A stretch of DNA of 64,000 bases from an uncultured Verrucomicrobiae bacterium. GTDB lineage: Bacteria > Verrucomicrobiota > Verrucomicrobiia > Limisphaerales > Palsa-1400. The notes under the pieces are model-generated. The model was not told where the DNA came from, did no database searches, and worked only from the letters and a program-made list of their open reading frames with translations. The translations under genes and the position numbers were made by a program. The stretch lies in NCBI GenBank assembly GCA_963707025.1, contig CAVPOM010000007.1, positions 384,001-448,000 on the forward strand, in the 5' to 3' direction. Of the stretch, positions 50,857 through 61,167 are shown piece after piece (the stretch's first letter is position 1; every line of letters starts with the position of its first letter).

Positions 50857-53800
50857 ATGAAGGCACTGCGAATTATGTTATTGTTGACGGTTTTCAAGAG
50901 AACAATTCCGCTGGCCTTGCTGGCGCTGGCGGCGGCGCTGTCCCAGACGGCGCGCGGGCAGGCGACCTTTACGGACATCTTCCCCGCGGCCTCGCCGCCG
51001 AAGCCGGGGCCCAACGACATTTACCAAACCAACATCCTGGACGAAAACGCCATAAGCCGCACCTTCAATTATTACACCGACAACACCGCCCAGCCTGGCG
51101 GGACAACCTTTGTCACAGGGAACAACCCGACCGGATACCTGGTGACCAATGTGTTTGTGCAATGCCTGGCAACCGGTTTCGGCAACAACGGCACCGTCTC
51201 CGGTCCGCCCACCGCGACGCAGGCCTATCAGATCAGCTTTTATCAGATCGCAGGCACGAGCGATCCGAGCGGATTGGGGAGCCATGCGACGTTAATCAGC
51301 CAGATTATCACCGCTCCCGGGACGGTGACCACGGTGGGCGACTGGTTGAGTTTCAGCAACATCCTGGTGTTGTTAAGCCCCCATACGACCAATGCGTTTA
51401 CCTGGGGACGGCTTTCCACCGGGACCGGGTATATGGGGATGCCGCTGGTGACGAACAATATTGGCAATGGACCGGCCACATGGCCCGGCCCGTTTGCCGG
51501 GGGCCTGCCGTGCCTGATTACGCCCGGGGGCGGGAGTGGTTCGGGTCACCTATGGCGTTGGGATAACCTCCAACGGCGTCCCTATAACCAACTACGACAC
51601 GGTTTTCTCGCTCGGAATCATCACCAACTTTATCCCGGCCACAATCACGGCGAGCAACGCGTTTCCCGCGGACCATTTGCTGGCGGGCAACACGGCGACG
51701 TTTACGGCCAGCGGCACGGGCACCCCGCCGTGCAGTGGCTATTGGCAGAAGAACACCGCAGCGGCTGGATCACCCTGACCAACGGGGGCCATATTTCCGG
51801 CGCAGGCACGGTTGCCTCGGGATCCACCCAAGTGGGCACATTGGCGGTTGCCAACGTCGGCGCGGCCGATGCCGGTTCCTACCATCTGGTTATCACCAAT
51901 TCAGAGAATGGGGGCGTCAGCCTCAATGCGGCGACGAGCGCCGTGGTCACGCTGTCGCTGGTTTCCGCGCCACCGGCGAACAGCTTCGCCGCAGTGGCCC
52001 TCACGGCCGAATACGGAGTGGTGGCGTTTTGGCCCCTCAACGAGACCAACGATCCTTCCACCGGAACGGCCGAGGCTTACGATATTGTGAGGGCGTTTAA
52101 TGGCTATTACGGCACGAACGCCGACAATGGCGGCGGCAACGCCATGGACGCGCTGGCTCCGGCGGCCGGCCCGCAACCGCCGGGCTGCACCGGATTTCCC
52201 GCTGGCAACGGGGCCTTGGGATCGGTGCAGGGCAGCCTGACCAATACGTTCGTGACCACGCGAGCCACCCCGACCTTCCCAATGAACAACACCAACGTGA
52301 CTCTGGTGGGATGGATTTATCCCAATTTAGGCGCGGAAAATGCGGCCACCGGGCTGGCCGTCATGCGCGCGGGCACAGCCGGAGCCACCCGAACCGATGG
52401 TTTGGCCTACGGAACTTCGGACCAATTGAGCTACATCTGGGATAACAACAGTTCGGCCACCTGGGGGTTCGGTTCCGGTCTGACCATCCCCGGCAGCGTT
52501 TGGTCCATGCTGGCCCTGGTGATAACCCCGAGCAACTCGGTGATGTATGTTGGCAGCGCCGGCGGCTTAAGCTCGGCAACGCAAAGCATTGTCAACAGCA
52601 ATGAGCCTTGGGGCGGCGGCCTGGTCATTGGCGGCGATCCGGGTAACAGCCCGACCCTGCGCTCCTTTGGCGGCCAGATTTCTTCAGTGGTGATGTTCAG
52701 CAACTCGCTCTCCGCCACGCAGATTGGAACACTTTACGCGGCCGGTTTGGCGCAGGACAACCTGCCGCCGGTCATTACCGGGCAGCCTTCGTCCACGGCG
52801 GTCTATGCCCGCCAAAACGCGCAATTCACGGCCACGGCCACCGGCATCGGCCCGCTGACTTACCAATGGCAGGCGAACACGGGCACGAGCTGGGTCAACC
52901 TTCAAAACGGAAATGGCATCTCCGGCGCAACCACGAACACGCTGGTGATCAGCAATGCGACGGCGGGGAACGCCGCATCGTATCAAGTGATCGTGAGCGA
53001 CTTTTTGGGTTCAGTCACCAACACGACGCCGGTGACGCTGAGTGTTTCGCTGGCGCCGTTGACGGTTACGGCGGCCAACGCGGTCCGTGCTTATGGCCAG
53101 ACCAACCCGGTGTTTACGGGCACCATCACCGGGTTGATCAACGGCGACAATATCACGGCTGCATACAATTGCGGCGCAACTTCCAGCAGCCCGGTGGGAA
53201 CCTATTCCATCGAGCCGAGCCTGGTGGACCCGACCGACCTTGAGACTAACTACACGGTCAGTTTGGTTGAAGGCACCCTGACAGTGACACTGACGCCGGA
53301 GATCATTACGTGGACCAACCCCGCTCCCATCCTGTACGGCGCCGCGCTCACCAGCAACCAGTTGAACGCCACGGCGAACGTCCCCGGAAGCTTTGCCTAC
53401 GCCCCAACCAACGGGACGGTGCTCAACATCGGCACCAATACCCTTTTCGTCATCTTTACCCCAACCGACCCGGTTGATTATACCAGTTTGGCCGACAGTG
53501 TGACTTTGGTGGTGGAACCCGCGCCGTTGACCGCGGCTACGGCGCGAGAACGCGAATTGCTGGATGCGGGCTGGCGTTTTGAGTTGGGCGACCCGGTGGA
53601 TGTCACCACCAACGTCACCTACTATCCTGAGATCTCCGATTTGGCCAAGCTGGAAAGCGGCGAAATAGGCGCCGGGACGGACACCGAGAGCTACATGGAG
53701 TCCATCCGGATAGATATCATGGCCACGCATGCGGGGGAGAATGTGTCATTTGTCCAGACGAATTACGACGACAGTGGATGGCGGCAGCTCAACCTGCCGC

Positions 53801-56800
53801 ATGATTGGGCCGATGAATTGCCTTTTAATTCCAGCGCGGATGGAGGGCATGGTTACAAACCGGTGGGCAACGCCGGTTTTACCACCAACAACACCGGCTG
53901 GTACCGGCGCTCGTTTGTCATGCCGGAGAATTATGCCGGGCAGACGTTGTGGCTGGAATTTGACGGGGTGTATCGCAATTGCCTGGTGTGGTTCAATGGG
54001 CACATCCTGGGACGGAATGTGAGCGGCTACTCCAGTTTTTATTTTGATGTGACCCAATACGCCAATCCGGGCGGGAGCAATGTGCTGGTGGTGCGGGTGG
54101 ATGCCAGCCGGTTTGAGGGCTGGTTTTATGAAGGGGCCGGCATTTACCGCCATGTCTGGCTGACGGCAGTCAGTCCGGTCCATGTGGCGGAATGGGGGAC
54201 TTATGTGGCGACCACGGCGCTGTCGGGTTCCAATGCGACCCTCACCATGCAAACCGATGTGACCAACCAAAGCGCGACGATGACCGCCAATGGGAGTTTG
54301 ACTTCGACGATTTTTGATGCCGGCAGCAACGCGGTGGCCAGCGTGACTTCGGCGGTGAGCGTGCCGGCAGGCCAGGACATGGTGGTGACGCAGACGGTGA
54401 CGATGACGGCCAACCTATGGTCGTTGCAAACGCCCTGCCTTTACAACCTGGTGACCACGGTGAGCAACCAGAACGCGATCGCGGATGTGTATCACACCTC
54501 CTTTGGGGTGCGGACCGTTTCGTTTGATACGAACAACGGTGTTTTCATTAATGGCCGGCATGTGGAGGTGCAAGGGATGTGCAACCATCAGGATCACGCG
54601 GGAGTGGGATCGGCGCTGCCGGACCGCTTGCAGTATTTCCGGGTCGAGAAACTAAAGGAGATGGGCGTGACCGGTTACCGCACCTCGCATAACGAGCCCA
54701 CGTCCGAATTGCTCAATGCCTGCGACCAGTTGGGCATGTTGGTGCTGGACGAAAATCGCCGCCTTGGAACCAATGCGGAGCCGCTGGGCGAGTTGAGCCG
54801 TCAAATCCGCCGCGACCGGAATCATCCTTGCGTCTTCGCCTGGTCGCTCTGCAATGAGGAGAACCTCCAAGGCACAGCCGCCGGCGCTTCAATCATCCAA
54901 GTCATGCAGAATCTGGTCCACCAAATGGATCCGACGCGTCAATGCACCGCGGCGATGAGCGGCGGTTGGGGCAGCGGTTTTTCCACGGTGCTGGATGTGC
55001 AGGGTTTCAACTATAACCTCGGAGGCATGGATGGCTTCCACTCCTCTTACCCGAACCAACCCTGCATCGGCACGGAAACGGCCAGCACCGTGACCACGCG
55101 CGGCATCTACACCAATGACACCACCGCCAGTTATTGCGCGGCTTACGATCTGCAGAACAGCGGGGTAGGCTGGGGCGAGTCGGCCGAAACGTGGTGGCCG
55201 TATTACGATTCCCGCCCGTGGTCTTCCGGCGGGTTCTGCTGGACCGGCTTTGATTATCGGGGCGAGCCGACGCCCTACGGCTGGCCGTGCATCAACTCGG
55301 ATTTTGGCATCCTGGACACCTGCGGTTTTCCGAAGGACAATTTCTACTATTACCAGGCCAATTGGACGTTCAAGCCGGTGCTGCACCTCCTGCCCCATTG
55401 GAATTGGGCCACGCCGGGACAGCCCATCAACGTCTGGGCTTACGGCACTTGTCAGGCGGTTGAATTATTCGTCAATGGCGTCAGCCAGGGACGGCAGGAT
55501 CTCAATGTCCAAGGCCACGTCGAATGGGACCATGTGCCCTATGCGCCGGGCACCCTCCAGGCCATCGGCTATAGCCAGGGTGTGGCCGTCCTGACCAACA
55601 CGGTGGCGACCACCGGGACTCCGGCAGCCATTGCGCTATGGCCGGACCGCAGCACCATCCTGGCCGACGGCCAGGACGCGTCGGTGGTGGAGGTGGCCGT
55701 CCTGGATGCGCAGGGCCGGGTCGTGCCCATCGCGACCAATCTGATCCAATTCACCCTCAGCGGCGGCGGCGCCATCCTGGGCGTCGGCAACGGCAATCCC
55801 ACTTCCCACGACGCGGACAAGGCCAGCCAGCGCACCGTCTTCAATGGTCTGGCGGAGGTCATTATCCAATCCACCGACCAGCCTGGTGCGATCACGCTGA
55901 GCGCGACTGGAACGGGATTGACCCCGACCAATATCACCCTCACGGAGGCAGCCACCCTGCCGCCCCCGGCCGCTCCGACGGGAGTGGCCGCCGTCGGAGG
56001 AAGCGCGCAGGCGACGGTCAGTTGGGACATCGTGCCGGGGGCGACCACCTACAACCTGTGGCGGGCCACGACCAGCGGAGGTCCCTATGCCTTGATCGCC
56101 GGGAACATCGGGGGCGTGAATCTGGGTTACGAGGACAACAACGTCACCAATTTGATGACCTATTATTATGTGGTCACGGCCAATGGCAACGGCGTCAGCG
56201 CCAATTCGGCGGAAGTCAGTGTCACTCCGGCCGCGTTTGTCACCGGGCTGACGGCGGCCGCCGGCAACGGGCAGATTGTGTTGATTTGGAACGGCTCGCC
56301 CGGCACCGGCTACAACGTGAAACGATCCGCCGTGAGCGGGGGTCCCTACACTATCATCGCTCCGGCGGTAACCAGCACCAATTACACCGACGCCAACGTG
56401 GAAACGTGCCAGGCTTACTACTACGTGATCACGATGACCAATGCCGGAAACGAAAGTTTGCCCTCGGCCGAGGCCAGCGCTTCCTTGCCCGGCGGGGCTG
56501 CGCCCGCACCCTGGCTGAACGCGGACATCGGAACGGTCGGGCTGGCGGGCAGCGCTTCGTACTGCAGCGGCCAATTCACCGTCTCCGGCTCCGGCGCGGA
56601 CATCTGGGGCGCCGCCGACGCGTTTCAATTTGTTTATGTTTATGTCCCGGTCAGCACCAATTGCGATCTTCGCGCCCATGTGGACAGCATTGTGAACACC
56701 AGCGCCAATGCCAAGGCGGCCGTGATGATCCGTGAAACGCTGGACCCGGGTTCGCGTCATGCGCTGGCCGACGTGGAGCCGGGCGCGGGCATCGAGTTCA

Positions 56801-57603
56801 TTTGGCGAACCAACACCGCGGCCGCCGCCGCCTCCAGCGTGGTCGGCGGGTTGACGGCGCCCAACTGGGTGCGGCTGACGCGCACGAACAACAACTTCAC
56901 CGCCTATTATTCCAGCGACGGCAACACTTGGACGCAGATTGGCTCCAATGTCGTCATCCCCAACATGGCAGTCAGCGCTTATGCCGGCCTGGCCGTCTGC
57001 GCGCACGACAACACCGTGCTTACCACCGCGGTGCTCGACCAGGTCAGCGCGAGTTTCCTCCCGGCCAACACCGGGCCAACCCTGGCGCCGATCGCCAACC
57101 AGACCGTCAACGTGGGCCAGGCCGTGGCGCTCACGGCCGTTGCCACCGACACAAATTCCCTGCCGCCGACACTGGCCTTCAGTCTGCTCAGCGCGCCGGC
57201 CGGGGCCACGCTGACGCAAATCAACAACAGCAACGCCGCCTTCAGTTGGCGGCCGGCGGTGAGCGAGGCCAACACCACCAATGCGATTGCGCTCAAGGTG
57301 GCGGACAATTACTCACCCAGCCTGAGCGCCCTGCAGAACTTTACCATCACGGTCAATCCTCTGGCGTTGCCGGGCTTGCCGTGGGCGGGCTGGAGCAACG
57401 GCCAATTCACCCTGCTGGTGAGCAACAGGATCGCGGGGCCTGATTACGCGGTGCAATCGTCCTTTAATCTGATGAATTGGAACACGCTCTTCATCACCAA
57501 CCTGCCTGCGGCCGGCCTCTTCCAGTGGACGGATACCAACACCGCTGCCTGGCCGGCGCAATTCTTCCGGGTGAAAGTCGGCCCGCCGCTGCAATCGCCG
57601 TAA
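50857..57603 (+). CDS. Giant exported multidomain GH2 glycoside hydrolase (Ig, LamG, MBG, GH2, Fn3, beta-sandwich, cadherin-like)
   Basis: LEFDGVYR, GAGIYRHVWL, NHQDHAGVG, YRTSHN, WSLCNEE, GTE, WTGFDYRGEP; compensating frameshifts ~51540-51765. Confidence 0.9.
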   Translation: MKALRIMLLLTVFKRTIPLALLALAAALSQTARGQATFTDIFPAASPPKPGPNDIYQTNILDENAISRTFNYYTDNTAQPGGTTFVTGNNPTGYLVTNVFVQCLATGFGNNGTVSGPPTATQAYQISFYQIAGTSDPSGLGSHATLISQIITAPGTVTTVGDWLSFSNILVLLSPHTTNAFTWGRLSTGTGYMGMPLVTNNIGNGPATWPGPFAGGLPCLITPGGGSGSGHLWRWDNLQRRPYNQLRHGFLARNHHQLYPGHNHGEQRVSRGPFAGGQHGDVYGQRHGHPAVQWLLAEEHRSGWITLTNGGHISGAGTVASGSTQVGTLAVANVGAADAGSYHLVITNSENGGVSLNAATSAVVTLSLVSAPPANSFAAVALTAEYGVVAFWPLNETNDPSTGTAEAYDIVRAFNGYYGTNADNGGGNAMDALAPAAGPQPPGCTGFPAGNGALGSVQGSLTNTFVTTRATPTFPMNNTNVTLVGWIYPNLGAENAATGLAVMRAGTAGATRTDGLAYGTSDQLSYIWDNNSSATWGFGSGLTIPGSVWSMLALVITPSNSVMYVGSAGGLSSATQSIVNSNEPWGGGLVIGGDPGNSPTLRSFGGQISSVVMFSNSLSATQIGTLYAAGLAQDNLPPVITGQPSSTAVYARQNAQFTATATGIGPLTYQWQANTGTSWVNLQNGNGISGATTNTLVISNATAGNAASYQVIVSDFLGSVTNTTPVTLSVSLAPLTVTAANAVRAYGQTNPVFTGTITGLINGDNITAAYNCGATSSSPVGTYSIEPSLVDPTDLETNYTVSLVEGTLTVTLTPEIITWTNPAPILYGAALTSNQLNATANVPGSFAYAPTNGTVLNIGTNTLFVIFTPTDPVDYTSLADSVTLVVEPAPLTAATARERELLDAGWRFELGDPVDVTTNVTYYPEISDLAKLESGEIGAGTDTESYMESIRIDIMATHAGENVSFVQTNYDDSGWRQLNLPHDWADELPFNSSADGGHGYKPVGNAGFTTNNTGWYRRSFVMPENYAGQTLWLEFDGVYRNCLVWFNGHILGRNVSGYSSFYFDVTQYANPGGSNVLVVRVDASRFEGWFYEGAGIYRHVWLTAVSPVHVAEWGTYVATTALSGSNATLTMQTDVTNQSATMTANGSLTSTIFDAGSNAVASVTSAVSVPAGQDMVVTQTVTMTANLWSLQTPCLYNLVTTVSNQNAIADVYHTSFGVRTVSFDTNNGVFINGRHVEVQGMCNHQDHAGVGSALPDRLQYFRVEKLKEMGVTGYRTSHNEPTSELLNACDQLGMLVLDENRRLGTNAEPLGELSRQIRRDRNHPCVFAWSLCNEENLQGTAAGASIIQVMQNLVHQMDPTRQCTAAMSGGWGSGFSTVLDVQGFNYNLGGMDGFHSSYPNQPCIGTETASTVTTRGIYTNDTTASYCAAYDLQNSGVGWGESAETWWPYYDSRPWSSGGFCWTGFDYRGEPTPYGWPCINSDFGILDTCGFPKDNFYYYQANWTFKPVLHLLPHWNWATPGQPINVWAYGTCQAVELFVNGVSQGRQDLNVQGHVEWDHVPYAPGTLQAIGYSQGVAVLTNTVATTGTPAAIALWPDRSTILADGQDASVVEVAVLDAQGRVVPIATNLIQFTLSGGGAILGVGNGNPTSHDADKASQRTVFNGLAEVIIQSTDQPGAITLSATGTGLTPTNITLTEAATLPPPAAPTGVAAVGGSAQATVSWDIVPGATTYNLWRATTSGGPYALIAGNIGGVNLGYEDNNVTNLMTYYYVVTANGNGVSANSAEVSVTPAAFVTGLTAAAGNGQIVLIWNGSPGTGYNVKRSAVSGGPYTIIAPAVTSTNYTDANVETCQAYYYVITMTNAGNESLPSAEASASLPGGAAPAPWLNADIGTVGLAGSASYCSGQFTVSGSGADIWGAADAFQFVYVYVPVSTNCDLRAHVDSIVNTSANAKAAVMIRETLDPGSRHALADVEPGAGIEFIWRTNTAAAAASSVVGGLTAPNWVRLTRTNNNFTAYYSSDGNTWTQIGSNVVIPNMAVSAYAGLAVCAHDNTVLTTAVLDQVSASFLPANTGPTLAPIANQTVNVGQAVALTAVATDTNSLPPTLAFSLLSAPAGATLTQINNSNAAFSWRPAVSEANTTNAIALKVADNYSPSLSALQNFTITVNPLALPGLPWAGWSNGQFTLLVSNRIAGPDYAVQSSFNLMNWNTLFITNLPAAGLFQWTDTNTAAWPAQFFRVKVGPPLQSP

Positions 57604-57621
57604 GGGGCTTGTCAAGATTGC

Positions 57622-57650
57622 TGTAACCTTTCCGCCGCGGTTTGCGAATA
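57622..57650 (+). promoter_or_regulatory. Candidate ECF-sigma promoter
   Basis: TGTAAC-N17-CGAATA upstream of an operon containing an ECF sigma. Confidence 0.45.
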
Positions 57651-57716
57651 CAACAGGGACGGGGCGATGAAGGCCCCGCCAGAAATGACAAACCATAAGC
57701 CTATCGCCATGATTTT

Positions 57717-58757
57717 ATGAAACGTATTGCGCTGATTCTCCCGTTCTTCCTGTCGCTGCTCCACCCGGCCCTGGCCGGTTCCATTCCCAAGGAGGAAGTC
57801 TCCGCCGACGCCAAATGGCTCCTCCACCTGGAGGCCGCCCAGTTCCGCGCCAGCAAAGTCGGCAGCTACATCATCACCGAATTGTTGGAAAAGAAGTTGA
57901 GCCAGCCCGTCGAGGAACTGAAAAGGAACCTCAAGCTCGACGTTGATCTGGATAAGATTCTCGGCGGCATCAACTCGATCACCATTTACGGCACCGATTA
58001 TCAATCGCCGGCGGACCATGCGGTGTTGTTGGTCCGGACCGGTCCTGAAATGGAAAAAATCCTCGTCGGTTTCCTGGCCGGCATGGTTCTGGCAGGCACC
58101 AACGCCCCGGTGCAGGTCACGCAAACCCAGGAAGGCAGCGTGACCTTTTACGCGGTCCAGAACACCGCCTATTGCGCCGTGCTTCCGGGAAAGGTCATCG
58201 CGATTGGCCGTTCGCGCGAGGTGACAGAAAAGGCCGGCAAGGTGCTCGCCGGCAAGGCGCCGGCCCTGACTTCCGGGGCGGCCTTCGGCGGATTTGGCGA
58301 ACTGAAGGAGGCGTTCTTTTTCCTGGGTGTGGCCGAAGGCTTTAATGGCGGCAACGGACTGCCGCCGCAGGCCAAGCTCCTGCAAGTGGCCGACGCCGGC
58401 CGCGTCGTTCTGGGCGAGAATGCCGACCAGGTTTTTTTGAATCTCGCCTTGCGCGGCAAAACACCCGAGGTTGTCACGCAAATGCAAGAAGTCATGCAGG
58501 GAATCATCGCCATCGGCTCGCTCAGCCAGCCCCAGGACCAGGACGTTGCCCAATTGCTTCAGTCCATCAAGGTTTCGACCGCCGACAACATCGTCAATGT
58601 CCGCGTGGAGTACCCTGTTGAAAGAGCCATCGAGCAATTGGCCCAAGTGCGCCACAAGGTGCTGGCCATTCCAGGCGACCACTTCGACGCCGGCGAAAAA
58701 GAGACGCCGAACCTCAAGCCCCCGACCGCGCCGGCGGGGGTGCCGGGCACTAATTGA
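57717..58757 (+). CDS. Exported hypothetical protein
   Basis: Signal peptide MKRIALILPFFLSLLHPALAG; first gene of the ECF operon. Confidence 0.75.
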   Translation: MKRIALILPFFLSLLHPALAGSIPKEEVSADAKWLLHLEAAQFRASKVGSYIITELLEKKLSQPVEELKRNLKLDVDLDKILGGINSITIYGTDYQSPADHAVLLVRTGPEMEKILVGFLAGMVLAGTNAPVQVTQTQEGSVTFYAVQNTAYCAVLPGKVIAIGRSREVTEKAGKVLAGKAPALTSGAAFGGFGELKEAFFFLGVAEGFNGGNGLPPQAKLLQVADAGRVVLGENADQVFLNLALRGKTPEVVTQMQEVMQGIIAIGSLSQPQDQDVAQLLQSIKVSTADNIVNVRVEYPVERAIEQLAQVRHKVLAIPGDHFDAGEKETPNLKPPTAPAGVPGTN

Positions 58758-59500
58758 TGGCGGAGGCTGCGATGGTTTCCGCGTGCCGCCAGCCGGGGAT
58801 GGACCAGGGCGCGACCCTGGGGCTTAAGATTTCGGGCGGGCTGGCGCGCGCGGAGACCGCCGCGGGTTCATGGCCCGCCGAGCATGTGAACGCTTCCAAC
58901 CAACCAGAAGTCAGCCCGGAGGAACTGGCCCGCCTGTCCGCGCAAGGCAGTGTGGCCTCCTTCGAGCAGATCGTCTTGCGTTTTCAGTCGCAGATTTTCA
59001 ACTTCCTTCATGTCTTTACCCGCCATCGCCAGGACGCCGAAGACTTGACCCAGGAGACTTTCTGCAAGGCCTGGCGCGGCCTGCCTCGCTACAACCCCTC
59101 CCTTTCCTTCGCGCCCTGGCTCTTTGCCATCGCCCGCCATACGGCCGCCAGCCATTTTCGCTCCGCAGAACCCTTCGACGAATTGCCGCCCGAGGCCGGC
59201 ATCGTGGAGGAAAACCCGGCCAACCTGCTCGCCAGCAAGGACGACGCCGAGGCCCTCTGGCGGCTGGCGCGCACGCTCACGCCCAAGCATTGGGAAGTTC
59301 TTTGGCTCCGTTATGGCGAGGGATTTTCCGTCGCCGAAACCGCCCGGGCGATGCGGACCAACGAAATCCATGTCAAGGTGCTCCTGCACCGCGCGCGGGC
59401 CCGCTTGGCCAAGCGCCTGGCCGCCCGCGGCTACGGTCCGGCGGCGGCGCTGAAACCTGCGGCGCCGGGAACCAAAAGCGTCCCGGCCGCGGAACCATGA
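58757..59500 (+). CDS. ECF RNA polymerase sigma factor
   Basis: DAEDLTQETF, FAPWLFAIARH, EGFSVAETA...VKVLLHRAR; start uncertain. Confidence 0.9.
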   Translation: MAEAAMVSACRQPGMDQGATLGLKISGGLARAETAAGSWPAEHVNASNQPEVSPEELARLSAQGSVASFEQIVLRFQSQIFNFLHVFTRHRQDAEDLTQETFCKAWRGLPRYNPSLSFAPWLFAIARHTAASHFRSAEPFDELPPEAGIVEENPANLLASKDDAEALWRLARTLTPKHWEVLWLRYGEGFSVAETARAMRTNEIHVKVLLHRARARLAKRLAARGYGPAAALKPAAPGTKSVPAAEP

Positions 59501-59510
59501 AAGGCCATTT

Positions 59511-60091
59511 ATGATCAAATGCCGGCACTATCGCAGAATCATTTCCCGCAGCGCGGATGAAAACACGCCGCTCCCGCCCGCCGCACAGGCCCACATCGCC
59601 GAATGCAGTGATTGCCGCCGCATGTGGCAGACGGAACACGACATCGTCCGCCGCCTCTCCGCCGGCGCCGCCGCGCAGAAACGGGCGCAGCCTCCACCTT
59701 TTCTCCACGCCAGAATCATGGCCCGAATCGCCTCCTCGCAACCCGTCGCCCGCCGCGCCTCCAAACCGTTCCTGTTCTACTGGCCCGCCGCCCTGGCCGC
59801 CGCGTTTATGGTCTTGACAACCATTCTCTTCTGGCCCGGCCCGGGCCCAAGCCGTCTCCCGGCCGAATCGCCCGCGTCCAGCCGCCGCACGCGGTGGAAA
59901 ACGCTTCTGTCAAGGACTGGTCCGACCCCGCGCTGCTGACCGGATTGGCCACGAGCCTTGACAAGCCCCTCGAAAACGAAATGCAGGCCGTCCTCCACGA
60001 CGCCCGGGGCGCGGCGACCGCGCTGGCCGACAACTTTTTTCCCGACAAACTGCGCCAGACCCTCCTCGCAGAAACGCCCTCCCGGCACTGA
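59511..60091 (+). CDS. ZAS-type transmembrane anti-sigma factor (frameshift ~59895)
   Basis: HIAECSDC (HxxxCxxC), TM segment, C-terminus PLENEMQAVLHDARGA in the second frame. Confidence 0.78.
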
Positions 60092-60140
60092 GCCGGCAGG
60101 AATTCGCGTCTGCTGCATGGGTGGCCCCTATCCTGTAATC

Positions 60141-60200
60141 TTTGGCGTGCGGCGGCTTGCCGCCACTTTCGAAAGCGGGAGCAAGCTCCCGCACTCCAAA
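60141..60200. repeat. TGGAGTGCG-type REP-like double hairpin
   Basis: tttggcgtgcggcggcttgccgcc...gggagcaagctcccgcactccaaa. Confidence 0.7.
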
Positions 60201-60256
60201 ACCGCCGGCGTGGCCGATGATCCTGCTGTCCGGCCCAGTGGCCGGCAGACCGGTGA

Positions 60257-60570
60257 TCAGTTCGTCTTCACGTTGTAGCACAGCAGAACATCCTGGTCCC
60301 GAATATAGAGCCTGCCGCCGGCGATGACAGGATGGGGCAACTGCTTTCTGTGCTGCGGCCGGGTTGATCGAATCGGCTGGCCTCGAAGTAACTCGCGGGC
60401 GTGGCTTCGATCAGGGCGAGGGCGCCTTTGCCGCCTTGGCTGCGCAGATAGAGATGACCGTCGGCACAGGTGAGAGAGCCTTTTCCCAAACCCTCGTTTC
60501 TCCAGAGGAGGCGGCCGGTCATAAACTCCTGGCAGACCCAGCCTTTGCCATCCGAGTAGCCGTAAAGTGG
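60257..60570 (-). pseudogene. C-terminal remnant of a PQQ-like beta-propeller protein
   Basis: [18 protein letters not shown]...ADGHLYLR...[23 protein letters not shown] over two frames; no N-terminus upstream. Confidence 0.7.
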
Positions 60571-60909
60571 GATTCTGTACATGTGACACATCTCAAATCT
60601 GGCTCAAGGCAAATGGGTCGCGCATCATCGCACATTCCCGCTTTCTTCCCGCAGAGCGGGTGCGGGTTGGCCAACCGGTCGCACCCATGCTCCGCCGTTT
60701 GGCAATTCAGGTCAAGGTCGTCGTCGTTTCCTGGCGCAAGAGAGGGATTACAAAATCAAGAGGCGGCCTTTTTGCGGTTTTTCCGTCTAACTCCGGGTGA
60801 ATTGCACTCAAGAGGACGCCGTGGGCACGCTTCTGCGTTGCGGAGGCGCCTGTTGGCACGGCCAACCTCGGATGGAACGGACCCCTCTCCCCGCTTTGTG
60901 GGGCGAGGG

Positions 60910-60956
60910 GATTAGATTAGGATTAAGATTAAGATTAGGATTAGGATTAAGATCAG
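60910..60956. repeat. (GATTAR)n hexamer repeat
   Basis: gattagattaggattaagattaagattaggattaggattaagatcag; same family at 24307-24319 and 24469-24500. Confidence 0.85.
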
Positions 60957-61101
60957 TCTTTGGGGTGGTTGACCCTCTTCCTTGGTCGGCAGAGGAGAAA
61001 AACTCGACGGCTCGACGGAGTCTCGCCCTGCCGTCTGAGCCTGTCTCCACAGGTGTGTGGAGGAGAGGGAGAAGAGAGATGGGGAAATCGTGCCGCGGCG
61101 C

Positions 61102-61126
61102 GGAACTTTGCCCCGGGCCTGCTGTT
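61102..61126 (+). promoter_or_regulatory. Candidate ECF-type promoter
   Basis: GGAAC-N17-GTT about 40 nt upstream of ATG 61168. Confidence 0.3.
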
Positions 61127-61167
61127 AATCTGTTTGACCTTTCACAACGTCCGCTCTGGATACGATT

